The notes beneath the pieces were generated by a model, which saw only the letters and a list, made by a program, of their open reading frames with translations, was not told where the DNA came from and searched no databases. Position numbers and translations under genes: made by a program. From Eledone cirrhosa (Eukaryota), in contig OZ024743.1 in NCBI GenBank assembly GCA_964016885.1, positions 164,796,001 through 164,860,000 on the forward strand: a stretch of 64,000 bases of DNA. Direction: 5' to 3'. This document shows, one piece after another, positions 23,192 to 35,842 of this stretch. How positions within the stretch are numbered: the stretch's first letter is position 1; each line of letters starts with the position of its first letter.

Positions 23192-24153
23192 TCAAAAAGT
23201 CCGTATCGGCGAATGATTGACAGCTTGTCGATTCATTGATGACGCAGGAGGAGTTTCTTTAACACAGTTCACCGGCAAAATGCTGCAGGAGGCTCCCGTA
23301 TCTATGAGGAAAGATTTTCCGGACAGGAGGTCTTCAATAAAGAAGTGGCGGTTTGGGTGTGTAGCACAGAGATCAGCTGCCGCCTTCAGTGACTCAGGGT
23401 TTGCGTTTCCCGAAGTTGAATAGTTACACGGTGGCCGGCAGTGTTTTGCTTTATCAGCGAAGGTGGCATGATACCAGGAAAAAGACGAATTGCTGGCGGG
23501 CGAGCTGGCGTTACGGCGTGAAGTCGCGAAGGAACGCGAACGACTTCTTGGCCTCCTGGGAGATGCCCTACTCTCCCTACATAATTTCGCGACTTGACGC
23601 GTCAATGCGTCAATCGCCTTCAACATGGCATCCTCGTGTGTCGAGACGGGCTGATTCGGAAAGGTCGAAGAGGCAACAAGCGACGGGGTAGTTTTCCTAG
23701 AGAATTCCACAATTCGATCGGCAGACGCATCGATCTGCTCCACCGAGCTCGATTCCACTATGGAAGCCAATATAATCTGGACATTGTTTGGCAAGAGAGA
23801 GAAAAATAACTTTTTGATATGACGGGCGATTCACGAATGTGGCGTAAAAATTCGGACGGCGAGCTATCGCCTAAACACTCGTCGTCCAATAATGCACGAA
23901 ACCCGCTTTCAGCAGAACGTCAGTTTCTCCTTAATATTTCCGTCCTCAAAAAATCATACGAAGTACCGGTTGGCGGGTCCGTTATTAAATCTTTCACCGT
24001 GGTGGCGAGCGACGAAGGTATACCACTAATCAAAACATTGAGTTTCTGCTCTGTTTTAATTCCATTTGCAGCAAAATATGCGTCCAGTTGCGCAAACCAG
24101 AGCTTGGGATCACCGGAGAACGCAGATAAATTAGGGCTACTCATCATTAGCAT
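23192..24153 (-). pseudogene. Gypsy gag-protease, frameshifted
   Basis: ORFs 23920-24153 and 23192-23794 are consecutive gag pieces ending in the aspartic protease motif DTGA. Confidence 0.85.
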
Positions 24154-24620
24154 GTATCAGTTCCACATAAAAATACTAAATGATATCGAAGTAAAGAAAT
24201 GAAACGCGTGTTAGATGTTTGGAACAACGGGAAAACAACATCCATGAAGAAAGAAGAAAAAAAAAATACCTGGTGAATTTGCAAAATCTGGAATCGACAA
24301 GTCACAAAATTTCAAAGCAGAAAAATTAAATGTTTTTTTTTTTTTAATTGGAGAAGGAGATGGCATCACATGATGCGTCTCAGCCAATCAGATGGCTGCA
24401 TTTCGGAGAAGAAAGACAAATGGCGAGAAAATTGGCGGACAAGTCAGCCATTGTGAAGTTTTTTGTTAAACGAACAATTAACAAGAAAAAAATAATGTTG
24501 GAGTGTTCTAAAGAGCAAGGAAACGGTGCTCAAGGATGTTAAATAATTCAATGGGGTTACCCATATAGCAAAAGTCTTTAGAAGTTTTTAGATGTTTTTA
24601 GCAGGCTGTGTAATCCATAA

Positions 24621-24633
24621 TCGGGGTCAACCA
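24621..24633 (-). promoter_or_regulatory. Primer binding site, tRNA-Trp-like
   Basis: TGGTTGACCCCGA 1 nt inside the 5' LTR; equals TGGTGACCCCGA (complement of the tRNA-Trp 3' end) with one extra T. Confidence 0.7.
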
Positions 24634-24634
24634 C

Positions 24635-24855
24635 TTTAGAATGGCGTGGTATTAGTAAACATATTTGTGTTACAAGAATAAGAATAAGAATAGCAGTGTG
24701 TGTTTATACTGGTTTACTTCATGGAAGTGAATAATGAAACGTACATATATTTTACCATTGATAGTGAGGAGGCTGGAGTCTCCTTAGGCTGTTGGTGGGT
24801 TGAGGATTTGCTCTGCATTCTGGCGTGTTGTTAACGAGACTGCTGCGAAGCTTAC
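24635..24855 (-). repeat. 5' LTR, truncated
   Basis: Matches 21364-21590 then switches to Tx1 ORF2 at the shared ACAGAGA. Confidence 0.88.
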
Positions 24856-25652
24856 AGAGACCGGATTAGCGAATTAGTTAAGCGTGCGTTGACGGGTGCG
24901 ATCGTCAACAACAGGTGGTCGTTTACCCTGAAAAGGGCTATTAGAGTAGAATCGATAAGATTTAGTAAAGGAGTAGTGATAGAGGAAAATAGAGTAGAGG
25001 GAGAGTTAGTTAAAAAGCTAGAAGAGGTGTTTAGGACAGGCATCGCAACCGACGTGCTTGTGGCGAGATTGGCACTCGACCAATTCTTCAACGCAAAGCA
25101 TGAAGGCGGCGTTGTCAGAGCTAGAGGGCGTGCTCTATGACACGAGAGGACGAAAGCCGTTCAATGAGCCCGGGTGGTGGAGGCGCGACGTGGAAACAAG
25201 TCCACAATTCGGTCTTTGCCTGATCAAAACGGGCGCATGTTGTTCGAAACCGATGTTGTCCCACGCGAACTGGGATGCGGGAGATCCATGTCAGCTTACG
25301 CCGACGACGTCACCGTGGTGATATCGAGCACCAAACACGTCTAGATGCTCGGCACCGCTCTCAAGGAATACGAAGCGGTGACAGGAGCAATATAAACCAG
25401 GAAAAGTTGGTGGGCTTGCAACTAGGCACCTGGAGAGGCAAGTCCATGCCGTCCGACAGCGTCGTGGGGCGCTGGGCGGAAGGACTGGTTAAATTGCTCG
25501 GGGTCTGGTTCGGTCCGGACCTCCAGATGGAAAAACACTGGAACGAGGTGACGAGCAGGGTGGCCTCTCTCACCCAGAAATGGACCGAGAGGAGGCTGTC
25601 TCTGAAAGGTCGGGCGGAGGTGGCGAATGTGAACATCGCGTCCGTCATCTGC

Positions 25653-28120
25653 ATGTTTTGTTTCATTGAGCATTTTACTTAATGGTATAAGTGCGATGCA
25701 GAATAAAAGCGGTGATAAAGAGTCACCCTGAAAAATTCCACAATTAATATTAACTTCTCCAGCTTCCAGTGATTTTTTTTCACTATTCAAAAGTAGTGTC
25801 GTTTTCCATGTCTTCATACTGAATGACAGGAACCTCCTGACAACGGGGGATATTTTGAAAATCTCTAAACATTTTTCAATCCAACTGTGTGGCAAACTAT
25901 CGAATGCTTTTTTATAATCTATCCAAGCAATTGATAGATTTTTGTGTCTATTATGACAATCTTTCAGTATCATTTTGTTAACCAAAAGCTGATCCTTACA
26001 GCCATATGAGCCTCGTTTACACCCTTTCTGCTCATTGGGAAATAGGTCATTTGTTATCAGGTGGTTATATGTATATTCAGTTAGGACTGATGTTAACATT
26101 TTATACATTGTGGCCAAGCAAGTTATCGGTTTGTAATTTTTGGGATTGTTTGTCTCATCATTCTTCGGAAGCAGGAATGTAATGCCGCTAACTAGCCATG
26201 ATGGTATCTTTTCTGGCTCCTTAACTATTTCATTGTAAAGTTGGGCTAACAGCTCATGAGACTCTGTGAAGGCATTTATCCAAAAATTTTGCATTTTGTC
26301 ATTTCCTGGGGATTTCCATTTGCTGGTTTTTCTAAGAACCAAACGCAACTGTTCAACTTTTATATTTTCCATATTTGTTCCTCAGGGTGAGCTGTATCTT
26401 TCATTTGTCTGTCTATCCATGGGGCATATATATTATGAACTTTTTCTTCGGCCCAGATCTTTTCCCAGAATTCTTGCACTTCCTCCTTGGGTGGTATTGA
26501 TTTAGCAGTTATTCTCGACTTGTCAATTTTTCTGTAGAAGTTTCTTTGGTTGTTTTTTAACATATTATTGTCCTTATAGATTTGCTTGATTATTTCTATC
26601 AGCATGGATTATTTCAATGGCGCTGATTTGGCAGTATCGGTAGAAGGTCGGACGCCATACTTTCCAGCATAGTTACGTCCCTTTACGATCTGAGTTCAAA
26701 TCCCGTCGAGGTTAACTTTGCCTTTCATCCTTACGGGGTCGATAAAATAAAGTACCAGTAATGCACTGGGTATTTGCTGGCCTTGTGCCAAACGTAGAAA
26801 CAATTATTTCTATCAGCATGTCTATGTCACTTGTTGATTTTATACTGTATTTTCTTTTCAATTTTCTAAGTTTAGTTTGTTTAACATGTTCACCTACTTT
26901 GTCGTCTGTTAAAATTTCTATGTCAGATCGGAGAAGGTTTATTTGGCGATTGATGTTCTCTTGCCAAGTAGATTTCTTGTGGGAATTCCTTTGTTTTTTT
27001 CATTTTCACTCCACATAAGTGAGCGGTGACTTTAGCCGATGCATAATAGAGATGATTTAAATCAGTAATGTTTAGTTTGTTTGTGATGATAATGTTTTTG
27101 AGAATTATTTTAGTCTTGTGTATTATCTTTTGGTTCTGTTTGGAGTTCTGGATCTTAGGGAGGGTGTCTCGTTCCCCCATGTCAGATTCTTTCATTTTCA
27201 TCCATTCGATCATAATTGCATCCTTCAAGTTGGCAAGTTCATTCTCATTCATTTCTTTATCATTTACGATCTCATTGTTTTTATTTTGAGTTTCATCTTG
27301 AGCATGCACTCCCTCCACTTTTTCGATCCTTTCTTTAATTTGTTCTGTTGTCAGTGATTCCGCCCCAACCCTGGGATTCGAAGTGTTACAATTTACCTCG
27401 TTTACACTGACACATGTTTCATTTTCCCTTCACTGACTTTGTGCTAATAGCTTGATCTGATCAATTTCTATATCAGTTAGTAACTTTTTTTAACAATATT
27501 TCTTCGTATATTGGCTAGTTTGTTACTGTCAATATAGTCTCTGTTTTCGGGATGTTTCTTTTTCCAGTTGATATACGTCTGTTCTGTATTCGATCTATTT
27601 GATGGGTAGTACATGGCAGTGTAGAAAGTCTCAAGGACTTCTTTATTGTCTTCCCTTGACCATTTTTCTCTCTTTTTCTTTGGATTTCTTGGTGGTGAGT
27701 ATGGAGGGCCAACAGTAGGAGTAATCCGGTTATGGGAGGTCTCCAGCTCCGAAGTGATGGGAAGGTTTGAACCATTAGCTGATTTTTCGACCCCAGTCTG
27801 GTTCCTCTCTGAGGGACGCGGTCCTTTTTGACCCGGGTGACGGCCGATCCGGTATGAGATTTTATCATTTGACATTTACTTTATTTTGTCGCGTTTTATC
27901 CTTAACCGCCAAGGGGTAATCATTCCGTGTTACTACTTCTAGGACGAGTGTCAACCAAGACTAGAGGGGTCGTCCTCCCCTAGAAACACGGCTATTCCTC
28001 GCCGGCGGCCATCCCGGTATTTCTTGGTCACGGGGTTTTCTTTTTTGTTGTTTTTTAAATTGTTATTATCATGAGTGGTTCCTTAATGTGAGCATTGCGT
28101 GGCTTAAGAATGAAATTATT
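25653..28120 (-). mobile_element. R4/Dong-clade LINE (copy 3): 5' UTR, N-terminus and RT up to the QGDSLSP motif
   Basis: ORF start 27875 (KREKWSREDNKEVL), WKSPGNDKMQNFW, NYKPITCL, WIDYKKAFDSLPHSW, GIFQGDSLSPLLF. Confidence 0.9.
26619..26805 (+). mobile_element. tRNA-derived SINE (copy 8) inside Dong copy 3
   Basis: Full SINE; 18-bp TSD ATTATTTCTATCAGCATG at 26589-26606 and 26803-26820. Confidence 0.93.
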
Positions 28121-29027
28121 ATTAATAATATAATATACTTTTTGCTGAAGTTGCATGTTATTGTTGTTGGCTATGTCGGTGGTGGTGCTGGGGCTTTTTC
28201 TATTGTTGGTGGGGAAGGGGGGGAGCCAGCAGTGCCATAGTCGTTGACGTTTGACCGAGTCACTAAGTCAGTCTATTTATATCTTTTACTAGCCTCTCCC
28301 TTGTCTAGTGATACCGCCACCTTCCCCTTTCTTAAGTTAACAGAAGGTAGTGGGGGAATAGTGGTGGTAGCAATGAAGGAGTGGTGGCGGCGGTGATGCG
28401 ATAGTGGTGGCGACGGTTACTATAGTGATGGCGTTGTCGTGACTGAGTTTTGTTGAATAGACTGTAGTAGTATGCGTTTGTTTGATCTGTGTATCTATGC
28501 GGTTTGTCGCGTATGTTTAATATATGTGTTGACATATTTACTTAATATTGGAATTAAACATTTTGAGAAAACTTGAGATACGATAATAGTAATTATTATT
28601 ATTATGCTGGGATAGGTGGTGGTGGTGGTGGTGGTGAAATTGCCGTTATCTGGCTGTTGTATTTAGTGTACACAGAGGGGCGATGGGATAGGTGGTGTAT
28701 CTAGTTTCTGGTGTTGGTGAAATTGCTGTTATTTGGCTGTTCTATATAGTGTAGAAAGAGGGGGTTTTCTTCCATTTATAACCATTTTCTTTTTTTAATA
28801 TAAAATTTAAAATACAAAATTTAATATTTGAGCGATATAACAGGATATTATGGATCCGAATTTTCGGAGAGCTGAGTCTGGTGCTTTATGTCTCATTTGT
28901 ACTAAGAATTGTTATATCACAATTGTTTTAAATATGTTAAAAATCAAAAACTTACGGGAGAGATTTCATAACATTCTATCCACCACGTGCGTCTTCTTCC
29001 CTCATTATTATTATTATTATTATTATT

Positions 29028-29103
29028 TAAAGTACCAGTAATGCACTGGTTAATTGCTGGCCTTGTGCCAAAAGTAGAAACAATTATTATTATTATTATT
29101 ATT
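29028..29103 (+). mobile_element. SINE 3' tail fragment (copy 9) in an (ATT)n tract
   Basis: AAAGTACCAGT...GGCCTTGTGCCAAAAGTAGAAACA(ATT)n, with (ATT)n also upstream. Confidence 0.85.
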
Positions 29104-29109
29104 GAATAC

Positions 29110-29699
29110 CATGGTTGACGGAGACTCGGCTCTGTAAAGTATAGTAATTTTTAACCGCTATAACAATTGTAAATTGTTTAAAACTTGAACCAAATTGTAG
29201 ATAAAAACACCCTCCTCCTCGTGAGAGGGGTCTTTCTGCCCGTTATTTTGCCCTTCGGGGTTAAATAACCGCTTATTGGGGTTTTGTGCCCAATATTCAT
29301 TTTAAACCGTAAAAAAAACATGACTACTAAAAAGAATTTTCACAAGTCCCTCCCACTCATTCCGTCTTCTTCTTCCTCAATCGTCACTACATCAGAGAGA
29401 AGATTGTCTCTCTCCCTCCCTTCTCTAAATGTGGTGTCGCCTCTTTCGCAAGCGACGCCATTAAAAAAAATAAAAATATAGTTTCTGGTAGCTTTCACCA
29501 AGAGAACGTGCATAACCGTGGAACATTTCTCCACGACGACGACGAAAAATGTGTGCGGTAAATACGGAAAGCCATTTCATTCGTCTGACGTCATGAAGAA
29601 TAGCAGCAGCAGCAGAAACAGTGACAAGGAAAACACTAGTAGCAGCCGCAACAACATCAGCAGCAGCATAAACAACAACAGCAGCAGCAGCAACAACAA

Positions 29700-29738
<39 letters not shown>

Positions 29739-32472
29739 CAACAACCACAGCAACAGCGGCGGCGGCGGTCGTAGTACCAGCAGCAACAACAAAAGTAACA
29801 GCAGCTCTGACGACAATAACAACAACAAGAAAGAAAAACCAATCTCATTTGCAGGTATCGCAAAGAACCTGGAAACCATCCTTATAACAAATGAGGAATT
29901 ACAGGAAGCAAAGAAGATGGTGACGAAAACCGGACACCGAGCAATCTGCAAGGCAGCCGAAAAATTTTCGAAACCCAACAGTAAGCACAAAATCACATAG
30001 GGTTGAAAGAACCACAGAGGCTCAAATACAAAAAGCCTTAGGGTCTGTGTGGCAGCGGAAAACGCATATCACCCGAGGCAAGAAATATGCCACCGTGGAC
30101 GTGCTTTTTGCCACACCCCAGGAGGCAAAGGCTCAATCCTTAGTGACCCTAAGGAGCGAGGAAATGGTGTTGGTGCCCTCCTACTGCGGGCAAAAAATTG
30201 TGAGGGTCAAACTGACCCCCCCCCCTGATGGGCCCTTCTTGGCTGGCCGCGTCTGCCCTCGTCGGAATCGAGGACAAAACAACTGTACTGCAAGTACAGA
30301 AAAAAGTACGAGAACATTGGGTCGGCACCTCCATTGAGATGTTAATTCAAACCAACCAGGAGTGCATCGAAGCTATCCCAGATGTGATAGACTTCGATTA
30401 CGGCACTCAACTTCCCATAAGTGTTGAGGGCAAACGCCCGAAATGCTTTCGCTGTGGGTCGAAGACTCACCTCAGGGCTTTCTGCAATGAGAAGACCCTG
30501 AAAAAGGAGAAAACCCCCCTCCTTCCGAAACCAGCTCCACTGCTACCAGCAACTGGACAGGCGGCAAGCAGGAAGGATAGGTCCGTGGCACCCATACCCA
30601 CGCCACGGAAATAAAGAACAGCAGCAGCAGTGGAAGTATTAACAACAACAACAGTAATACCAACAGCAGCTGCAACAGTGACTCCACTGCAACCATCACC
30701 AACAAGAACAACTGAAAGAGTGGAGCTGGTACCCCTCCCCGACCTCACAGAATCGGACATGGAGTGTGAGGTGGGAGAGGGATGGCAAAAGGTCGCAAGA
30801 AGGCACAAACGCAGAAGCAGCGCATCGTCGCCTTCGAAAAGGGAGGGAAGAAATGAAAAAAGGGTAAAGGCTACTGCAAAGAGACTTACAGCAGCAACAC
30901 CACCAACACCATGACCACCCACACTAGCATCACCATCACCACCGGCGGCAACCCCACCGCCAACAACAACAACACCTTCAAAACCACCACCACAAGCACC
31001 AACATCGCAAACACAACACCAAAACACACACACTCAGCAACAACGACAAGAAAATAGCAGAACCACACCCCACCCCCAGAAAAACAAATGCACAGCAATA
31101 AATACACACAACAAGAAACTAATGACTTACATAATTGAACACAGACATTTCACAGCACGACTACATAATACCAGCACCAATCAAAACACCAACGAACATA
31201 AGACTGGTAAGAATAGCACAGAAACAATTCACAAACATTAAAATGAAATTCCCCAACGCAGTTGGTGATTTCAGAGACCTAGGAGGGACACTCAACCGGA
31301 GAGCATATTCGGATATACTCACAGAAGAACTGACGACCAGCCGAAGGGACGATTCAACGGTCCCTTCACCAGACGATCAAGTGAAAAGGGATGGAGAAAC
31401 CATCCTTCCTCTACGAGAAGTAAGGTAAGTGGTCTTTCCCATCTTTTCCACTCCATTTCAACATGACCTCACTCAGAATAGGCAGCATAAATGCGCGTGG
31501 CTTGTGGACGTCATGGAAGCGGGGCTACCTGCTCAACGACCTCAGGTCACTAAACATAGATGTAGTGGCCATCAGTGAGACCAGAATCTCCGAAGCACGG
31601 GCCTTCGCACCGATCTTCGGCGGCTACGATGTGTACGCATCTCCCAGCTGTCCTGGATCGGAGGGAGGAGTTGCTGTGCTTTTTCGGAGAGGTTTGGATC
31701 TCGCCATACGGGCCATCTTCCTGGACCCAGAAGGTAAGTTGGTGGTGCTGGACGTGACCAGCGGAGACGGGAAAGCTTTCAGGCTAGTGGCCGTCTAGGC
31801 CCCGACAGGAGCAGGGCGTCCTGATTTCTTCCGGCGTCTGGAGACCTTTCTAGGAACGTCCCGCTCTTTAGTGTTAGTGGGCGACTGGAACGGGATCTTA
31901 GATGCACGCTGGGACTGTGTGGGATTAGCGGATAGAGGATGAGGGTGCAAGAGCCTCACCAACCTGCTCAGGCGTTTTGAACTGTCTGACAGGTACCGAT
32001 TGGATTTCCCGAATGTGCCAATGTGGACTTGGACAAACCGCATCGGGTCATCCAGATCATATCTAGATAGGGAAATAGATAGGTCTAGCATAGGCTGTCA
32101 ACAATTCAAGATAGTCAGCTACACGGACCACAAATTCGTGATCTGTTTGCTTGACTTAGATAGGCTTCATAGACGAGGACCCGGCTACTGGAAGCTAAAC
32201 GCGTCCTCACCAGCGGACAAGGCATACAGAGACCGGATTAGCGAACTAGTTAAGTGAGCGTTGACGGGGGCCATCGTCAACAACAAGTGGTGGTTTGCTC
32301 TGAAAAGAGCGATTAGAATAGAGTCCATTAGGTTTAGTAAGGCTTTAGCTATAGAGAAAAATAGAGCAGAGGGAGAACTAGTTAGAAAATTAGACGAGGC
32401 GCTTAGCAAAGGCATCGCGACCGACGTACTTGGGGCGAAATTGTCCCTTGACAGATTCTTCAATGCAAAGCA
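29110..32472 (+). mobile_element. Tx1 LINE (D): 5' UTR, ORF1 with zinc knuckle, ORF2 endonuclease; 3' truncated
   Basis: ISFAGIAKNLETIL, CFRCGSKTHLRAFC, ORF2 ATG 31463 MTSLRIGSINARGL, SYTDHKFV, GPGYWKLN. Confidence 0.9.
29600..29830 (+). repeat. (AGC)n/(AAC)n tract within Tx1 ORF1
   Basis: In-frame poly-Ser/Asn in ORF 29518-30000. Confidence 0.9.
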
Positions 32473-32830
32473 GGAAGCTGGGCTTCACAGAAACAATCTT
32501 GAGAAGCTGGGCTTCACAGAAACAAAAAGAACACAACTAGTTACGAAAATACCAGTACAATCCATTAATGGAACAGTAAAAATATGTAAAAAATGCCAAA
32601 AATTCTGCATCTAATAACTGCATATACACATGTACAGATACAAAGCATATGCACATGCACACATATAACTCAAAACATACACATCTGTACATACATTAAC
32701 AGCCATACCTGCAAACACATGCAGACATAGCTACCTAGTAGATGTTGTTTAAATTCCAATTAGAGAGTCTTGTATCTATGTTAGAAATCGACTCTCTTGC
32801 TATTGATAAAAATTTATAAAATTATAAAAC
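32473..32830 (+). mobile_element. 3' end of an RLE-type (R4/Dong-like) LINE
   Basis: LEKLGFTETKRTQLVTKIPVQSINGTVKICK C-terminus then UTR; begins with a direct duplication of GAAGCTGGGCTTCACAGAAACAA. Confidence 0.5.
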
Positions 32831-32987
32831 CAGAAGAACATACAGAGACATGCATACATACATATAGACACACACACACACATACATACATACATAAACA
32901 CACATACATACACACATACATACATAGACGCTCATACATGAATACTTACATAGACACACATACATATATGCACAAATACCATACATA

Positions 32988-33871
32988 CAGGGTGCGGACG
33001 ATATTTGTTCGCAAGATTACTGTCTAGGAAAAGATAACACAGTAGTTTTATTTTTTAAGATATATTTATCAAACTTAGATCAGTTTGTCTTCATGACTTG
33101 TTCTTTCGATCTCACTCGATAAACCCGCCATTGGCTTTGATGACGGCCTCAAGGCGGCCTCGGAACCGGCTACAGGCCTTCGTCACTGTCCCCCGACTTA
33201 GGTCCCTAAAGGCACTTCTGATCCTGGCCTTCAGATCGTCTTTCGTATTGCAGCTAATCTGTTGGTGTCTCGTTCCACTGCGCCCCACACAAAGAAGTCG
33301 AGGGGGGTTGCAGTCAGGCGAGCTGGGAGGCCAGATGTCAGGTGAAGTGTGGTTGACGAAGTTCTCTGACAGCCAGGCTTGGGTCTTTCGGCTGGTATGG
33401 CAGGGCACTGAGTCTTGCTGCCACACGTACGGCCTACCTGCAGCTACCTGGTCGATCCAGGGCTTTACCACCTCGCTCAGAACGCGGATGTAGCCATCGG
33501 TATTCAGCGTGAGGGAAGTAGTGAGGTGGCATGACGTCACCTTGACTGCTGGCGACACCTAAGACCAATGTTGTCGCTGGAAACTTTGTCTGCATGACTC
33601 TGGGCACGTCTTTGGATGAGACAGCGAGTCACCTGTTGTTCTGGGAGTTTCTGAAATTTCCTTATTTGTCCTCCCGGCGCGGATTCCAAGAAGAACTCCG
33701 TGTCTCTTCCACAAATTTGGAGGTTCAAAATTATTCATAATCAATTATTCTGAAAATAAATAATGGAAATATAGTCACTGTTTTTATGAAGACGAGAGTG
33801 ACAACGGAAGTAAAAAAAAATTGCATAAAATTAACAGTTGAAAATTGCGAACAAATATCGTCCACACCCTG
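32988..33871 (-). mobile_element. Tc1/mariner transposon, DD37D (maT-type), internally deleted
   Basis: 27-bp TIRs CAGGGTG(C/T)GGACGATATTTGTTCGCAA, TA on both sides; WQQDSVPCH...WPPSSPDCNP(L)DFFVW with 37 residues between the last two Asp after correcting a 1-nt frameshift. Confidence 0.9.
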
Positions 33872-34067
33872 TACATACACACATACATACATGCATTTGA
33901 AAACATTTGAAAAGTTAATAAGCAGGGGGAGGGCCAATTATTTGAGACCTGAGAGCAGCTATGCTTGTGCACATACATAGCCATGCCAACTGTTAAATGA
34001 ATTCAGATTTCTCATATACGACTTAAGTCTTCCAGTTATAACAATATCTAAAGAAAGAGACCTATTA

Positions 34068-34359
34068 CTTTCGGAAACATTTTTTCACACTCAGAGTTGC
34101 TGAAGCATGGAACAAACTACCTGCCTCAGTTGTTAGCTGTCGAGACACTGCATCCTTTAAAACCTCCATGCTTCCTGAGATTCGCCAACACTACACCTAA
34201 TATTCCCCCTCCATACACACGCACACATGTATATCATGACTCATACACTATTCACTTCCCTGACATTTGTATATTATTCTATGTACTATACATGCACCTT
34301 TGATGAGTTGTAGTGCACCTGAGTAGTACACAATAATTTCATTATTATTTTTATTATTA
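34068..34359 (+). mobile_element. CR1-clade LINE 3' end
   Basis: FRKHFFTLRVAEAWNKLPASVVSCRDTASFK then UTR and (ATT)n tail. Confidence 0.8.
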
Positions 34360-34499
34360 TAAAAGGCGAGGAACTTGTTTCTCATAGTTATAACTGTCAG
34401 ATCAATAGTAGATTGGGAATAGAATGTGACATAAACATTCATTGCCTGTTTCGCAGACGAATCATTGTTAAAGAAGTGTTGAGTCAACATTACTGATAT

Positions 34500-34825
34500 C
34501 AGTTAATCCCCATAAAAAATAACTCCTGGAACTTGAGATAAAAAGAAACCTCTATGTGTTCATCCAAATTATGCATGTTATTCAACCAGTTTATTCGTGG
34601 TCAACTTCTGGGTCTCTTTCCAGTTGGTTTTGTTAATAAAATCTGCCCAGTGATTCTTTATTGAGACATTCCAACTATATGTCAATAGTATTGAAGCTGT
34701 GATATCTCAATTTGGAGAAGTAGCAGCTCTATCTGGAGCAAATCCCTGATCTTCAAGCTACACATGCTATCAAATAACTTTACTCTAAAGACTCTTCAGA
34801 GGAACGCCATTTCAGCCACTTGTAT
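34500..34825 (-). mobile_element. Old RTE 3' fragment
   Basis: Similar to 2830-3030 (shared GCTGTGAT..CTCAATTTGG.GAAGTAGCAGCTCTATCT). Confidence 0.65.
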
Positions 34826-34889
34826 AACCTGGTAGCAAGTTAGTGTATGATGGAAATTATATAACACAGCACACAATACATTATGCTAT

Positions 34890-35221
34890 TCTTTAACTGG
34901 TTTCAGTCCTTGGAGTATAGCCATACTGGAGCACTACCCTCAAAATTTTTAGTCAATTATATCAAACCACAACATATATCAGTCTAGTACTTATTTTATT
35001 GATTACTATTTATCGATTAGCTAAGTTCCCCTATTTTATGTAAAACCAGAGCGCCTACTTGTACTCATTCAACTTACTAGAAATAGAAAACAAATCTCAC
35101 TTGCATTTTACCCTACTGTTTTGAAAATGGGAATGTCACAATGGATAATAATAGTCTGAAATACACTGTATGGTTACACATACAAACACACACACACACA
35201 TATATTCTTACATGCACATAC

Positions 35222-35275
<54 letters not shown>

Positions 35276-35480
35276 TTACACATCTACACATATATGCACA
35301 TGTCTGCTTTTTTTTAGCAGACATTTGACCATGCGAAGGCTTCCTTATTGGCTCTCTCTTCTGATTGTTAATGCCTTTGTTGTTTAGCCCCCAAACCAAC
35401 TCTGATTGGAAAGACCTAGGATTAAAGTATTCCAACTGTGACCATCCTGTCTTTTTAGAGGGTATCTCACACTATATAAT
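34890..35480. repeat. Degraded short interspersed repeats of other families plus (CA)n
   Basis: 34893-35030 and 35370-35470 resemble SINE-like repeats recalled from octopus DNA; (CA)n at 35224-35272. Confidence 0.35.
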
Positions 35481-35842
35481 CTTTTTCTTCTATGTATATT
35501 GTATGGAAGATCCAGGCCAGCTATTACAAACAGAGCATACCATCAAACACAATTTGGGTGATTCTTTGTGTATGTGAGAAACAATTTATTCAAACAAAAT
35601 GCAGGAAGACTGTGACTTAAAGGTTTCATCAGACAGTGTGTAAATGTGTGGGGGGAGGGGGGCAGTGAGATACCTTATGTAGCAATGAGCAACTTTTCTT
35701 TCTGATATGGTTCTTAATATTTCTCTTTGTCATCTGTGGCCCACTCAATGTTGACTAAATTAAACCAAAAATTAATGCTCAAGCACAAATTGGGTGTATT
35801 TTGTTAGAGATGCCTACTGGCTGTAGTAGGTTTACTTTGTAT

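Larger units (their letters stand above)
21364..24855 (-). mobile_element. Gypsy LTR retrotransposon, CsRN1/Kabuki-like, lacking RT-RNase H
   Basis: Direct LTRs 21364-21746 and 24635-24855 (truncated); PBS; PPT; gag (PKLWFAQLDAYF; CHCC-type box SWYHx9Cx3C); protease FLIDTGAS; integrase. Confidence 0.92.
18952..25652 (+). mobile_element. Tx1 LINE (C): 5' UTR, ORF1, ORF2 pieces, interrupted by the Gypsy element
   Basis: ORF1 pieces 19142-20730 (SFAGVARNIETVL, LVPSYCGQKIVRVK); APE LRIGSINVRGL, VVAISETR, LVGDWNGILD; resumes at about 24853 with ORF2 fragments. Confidence 0.9.

Noticed and set aside
25422-26372. 316-aa ORF as a novel RT fusion protein
   Set aside because: Dong RT truncated before the catalytic DD motif, reading by chance into antisense Tx1.
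27985-28020. HDV-like ribozyme core (TTCCTCGCCGG)
   Set aside because: Antisense to the element and the full nested pseudoknot could not be built.
28605-28765. Short imperfect direct duplication (GGTGAAATTGC.GTTAT.TGGCTGTT)
   Set aside because: Only two copies in low-complexity context; no further structure.
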